Assembly: GCA_046262115.1 (NCBI GenBank)
Contig: JBHENJ010000044.1
Span: forward strand, 1 to 59,384
Direction: 5' to 3'
DNA: 59,384 nucleotides
Origin: Candidatus Limnocylindria bacterium
GTDB lineage: Bacteria > Chloroflexota > Limnocylindria > QHBO01
The notes under the pieces are model-generated. The model was given only the letters and a program-made list of their open reading frames with translations. It ran no database searches and had not been told where the DNA came from. Position 1 is the first letter of the stretch, and each line of letters starts with the position of its first letter. The translations under genes and the position numbers were made by a program. Positions 58,226-59,384 of the stretch are shown here, piece after piece.

Positions 58226-58351
58226 GCGCGCTCCGAGCGGGCGTTCGGGACGGCGAAATTCTAGCGGGCGATTTGACGCTCGCCGCCGGTGCGGTCCACG
58301 ATATCGATCTATCCCGACGAATCCGGTCGGGATTCCCGTGGAGGAGCTGCC

Positions 58352-59236
58352 TTGGACCTCGGTGCCCTGACGAGCGGTCTGCTGACCGGCCTGCGCGAGG
58401 GCGTCGAGGCCGCCCTGATCGTCGGGATCATCCTCGCCTACCTCGCCAAGACGGGGAACGGGCGCCACTTCCCGAAGATCTGGCTCGGAGCGGGTGGCGC
58501 CGTCGCCGTCAGCCTCGCGCTCGGGGTCGTGCTGTTCATGACGCTGGGCGAGCTCGAAGAGCCGTACGAGCAGATCTTCGAGGGCATCGCGATGCTCCTC
58601 GCAGCGTCCGTCGTCACGTGGATGCTGTTCTGGATGCGCCGGCAGGCCGCGACGGTCCGGAGCGACCTGCACGAGCGCGTGGACCGCGTGCTCACGGAGG
58701 GCACGGCGTGGGGACTGACGGTCCTGGCGTTCACGGCGGTCATCCGCGAAGGCGTCGAGACGGCTCTCTTCCTTCTGGGCCAGGTCACCGCCTCTGCCGA
58801 GCGTGGCGACCTCGGGAGCCTGAGCGTGCTGGTCGGCGCACTGGTCGGCCTCCTCGCTGCGGTGGCCCTCGGCTACGCTCTGTACCGCGGGAGCCGCCGC
58901 GTCAACGTACGCACGTTCTTCCGCTGGACCGGCATCGCCCTGATCTTCATCGCCGGAGGGCTCCTCAGCCACGCGATCCACGAGTTCATCGAGGTCGATG
59001 TCATCACGGTTGGAACGGAGACGGCGTTCGACATCAGTGGAGTCCTGCCACACGAGCCCGACGAGAGCATGATCGGCGCGTTCCTGCGGGCCCTGCTCGG
59101 GTATTCGTCTCAGCCCGAGATCGCCACCCTGTTCGTGCACGTGGCCTACGTGGTGGTCGTCCTGTGGATCTATCTCCGGCCCATCCGGCCCACCCCGGCC
59201 CCAAGGCGCTCCGGACCGGAGGTCGCCGGGGCCTGA
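58352..59236 (+). CDS. FTR1/EfeU-family iron permease
   Basis: Two REGVE (RExxE) motifs, about 7 TM helices, TTG start after GGAGGAG. Confidence 0.92.
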   Translation: MDLGALTSGLLTGLREGVEAALIVGIILAYLAKTGNGRHFPKIWLGAGGAVAVSLALGVVLFMTLGELEEPYEQIFEGIAMLLAASVVTWMLFWMRRQAATVRSDLHERVDRVLTEGTAWGLTVLAFTAVIREGVETALFLLGQVTASAERGDLGSLSVLVGALVGLLAAVALGYALYRGSRRVNVRTFFRWTGIALIFIAGGLLSHAIHEFIEVDVITVGTETAFDISGVLPHEPDESMIGAFLRALLGYSSQPEIATLFVHVAYVVVVLWIYLRPIRPTPAPRRSGPEVAGA

Positions 59237-59262
59237 CCGGCCGAGACCCGGCCCGCGCGCAA

Positions 59263-59384
59263 GTGGACTCCGCCGCCGTGCGGCGCGCGGCTCTCGGCTT
59301 CGTCGTCGCGATCGGGCTCGGCAGCCTGCTCGCCGACGTTGTCTACGAAGGTGCCCGGAGCATCGTCGGTCCGTACCTGCTGAC
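59263..59384 (+). CDS. MFS transporter, N-terminal fragment (runs off the window)
   Basis: MDSAAVRRAALGFVVAIGLGSLLADVVYEGARSIVGPYLL contains an 'SL.AD..YEGARS..GP.L' pattern. Confidence 0.7.
   Translation, partial: MDSAAVRRAALGFVVAIGLGSLLADVVYEGARSIVGPYLL

Overview
A high-GC bacterial chromosomal window. The gene content and gene style suggest Chloroflexota, possibly Limnocylindria-like, but that assignment is inference only. The left end (1-~5280) is the right-hand part of an integrated phage-satellite/PICI-like element at the 3' end of tRNA-Ser(UGA). It carries iteron-like repeats, a primase-helicase, an SSB-like gene, an excisionase-like HTH, a putative repressor, a tyrosine integrase, a Cys-His-Asp cargo gene and arm-type repeats. 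The rest is core and metabolic DNA: serS, class I lysS, greA, uppP, H+-PPase, sigma-54, lepB, ndk, an M16 peptidase, coaX-coaBC-panB-panC, an acyl-CoA/B12-mutase cluster, an osmoprotectant ABC transporter, a dynamin-like GTPase pair, csp, dodecin, a PHP protein, a flap endonuclease, an MshC/CysRS-like ligase and an FTR1 permease. Main observations: (1) a second glutamate dehydrogenase paralog that has lost two active-site lysines and is translationally coupled to an isobutyryl-CoA-mutase-type subunit; (2) a sigma-54 with a Cys4 zinc-ribbon-like insert, plus three candidate -24/-12 promoters; (3) the satellite, with iterons and a 47-bp-periodic repeat/hairpin region; (4) an attenuator-like greA leader; (5) an RHH-coiled-coil-winged-helix gene upstream of the dynamin pair; (6) widespread leaderless gene architecture. 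All calls come from reading motifs by eye. No database searches were run.
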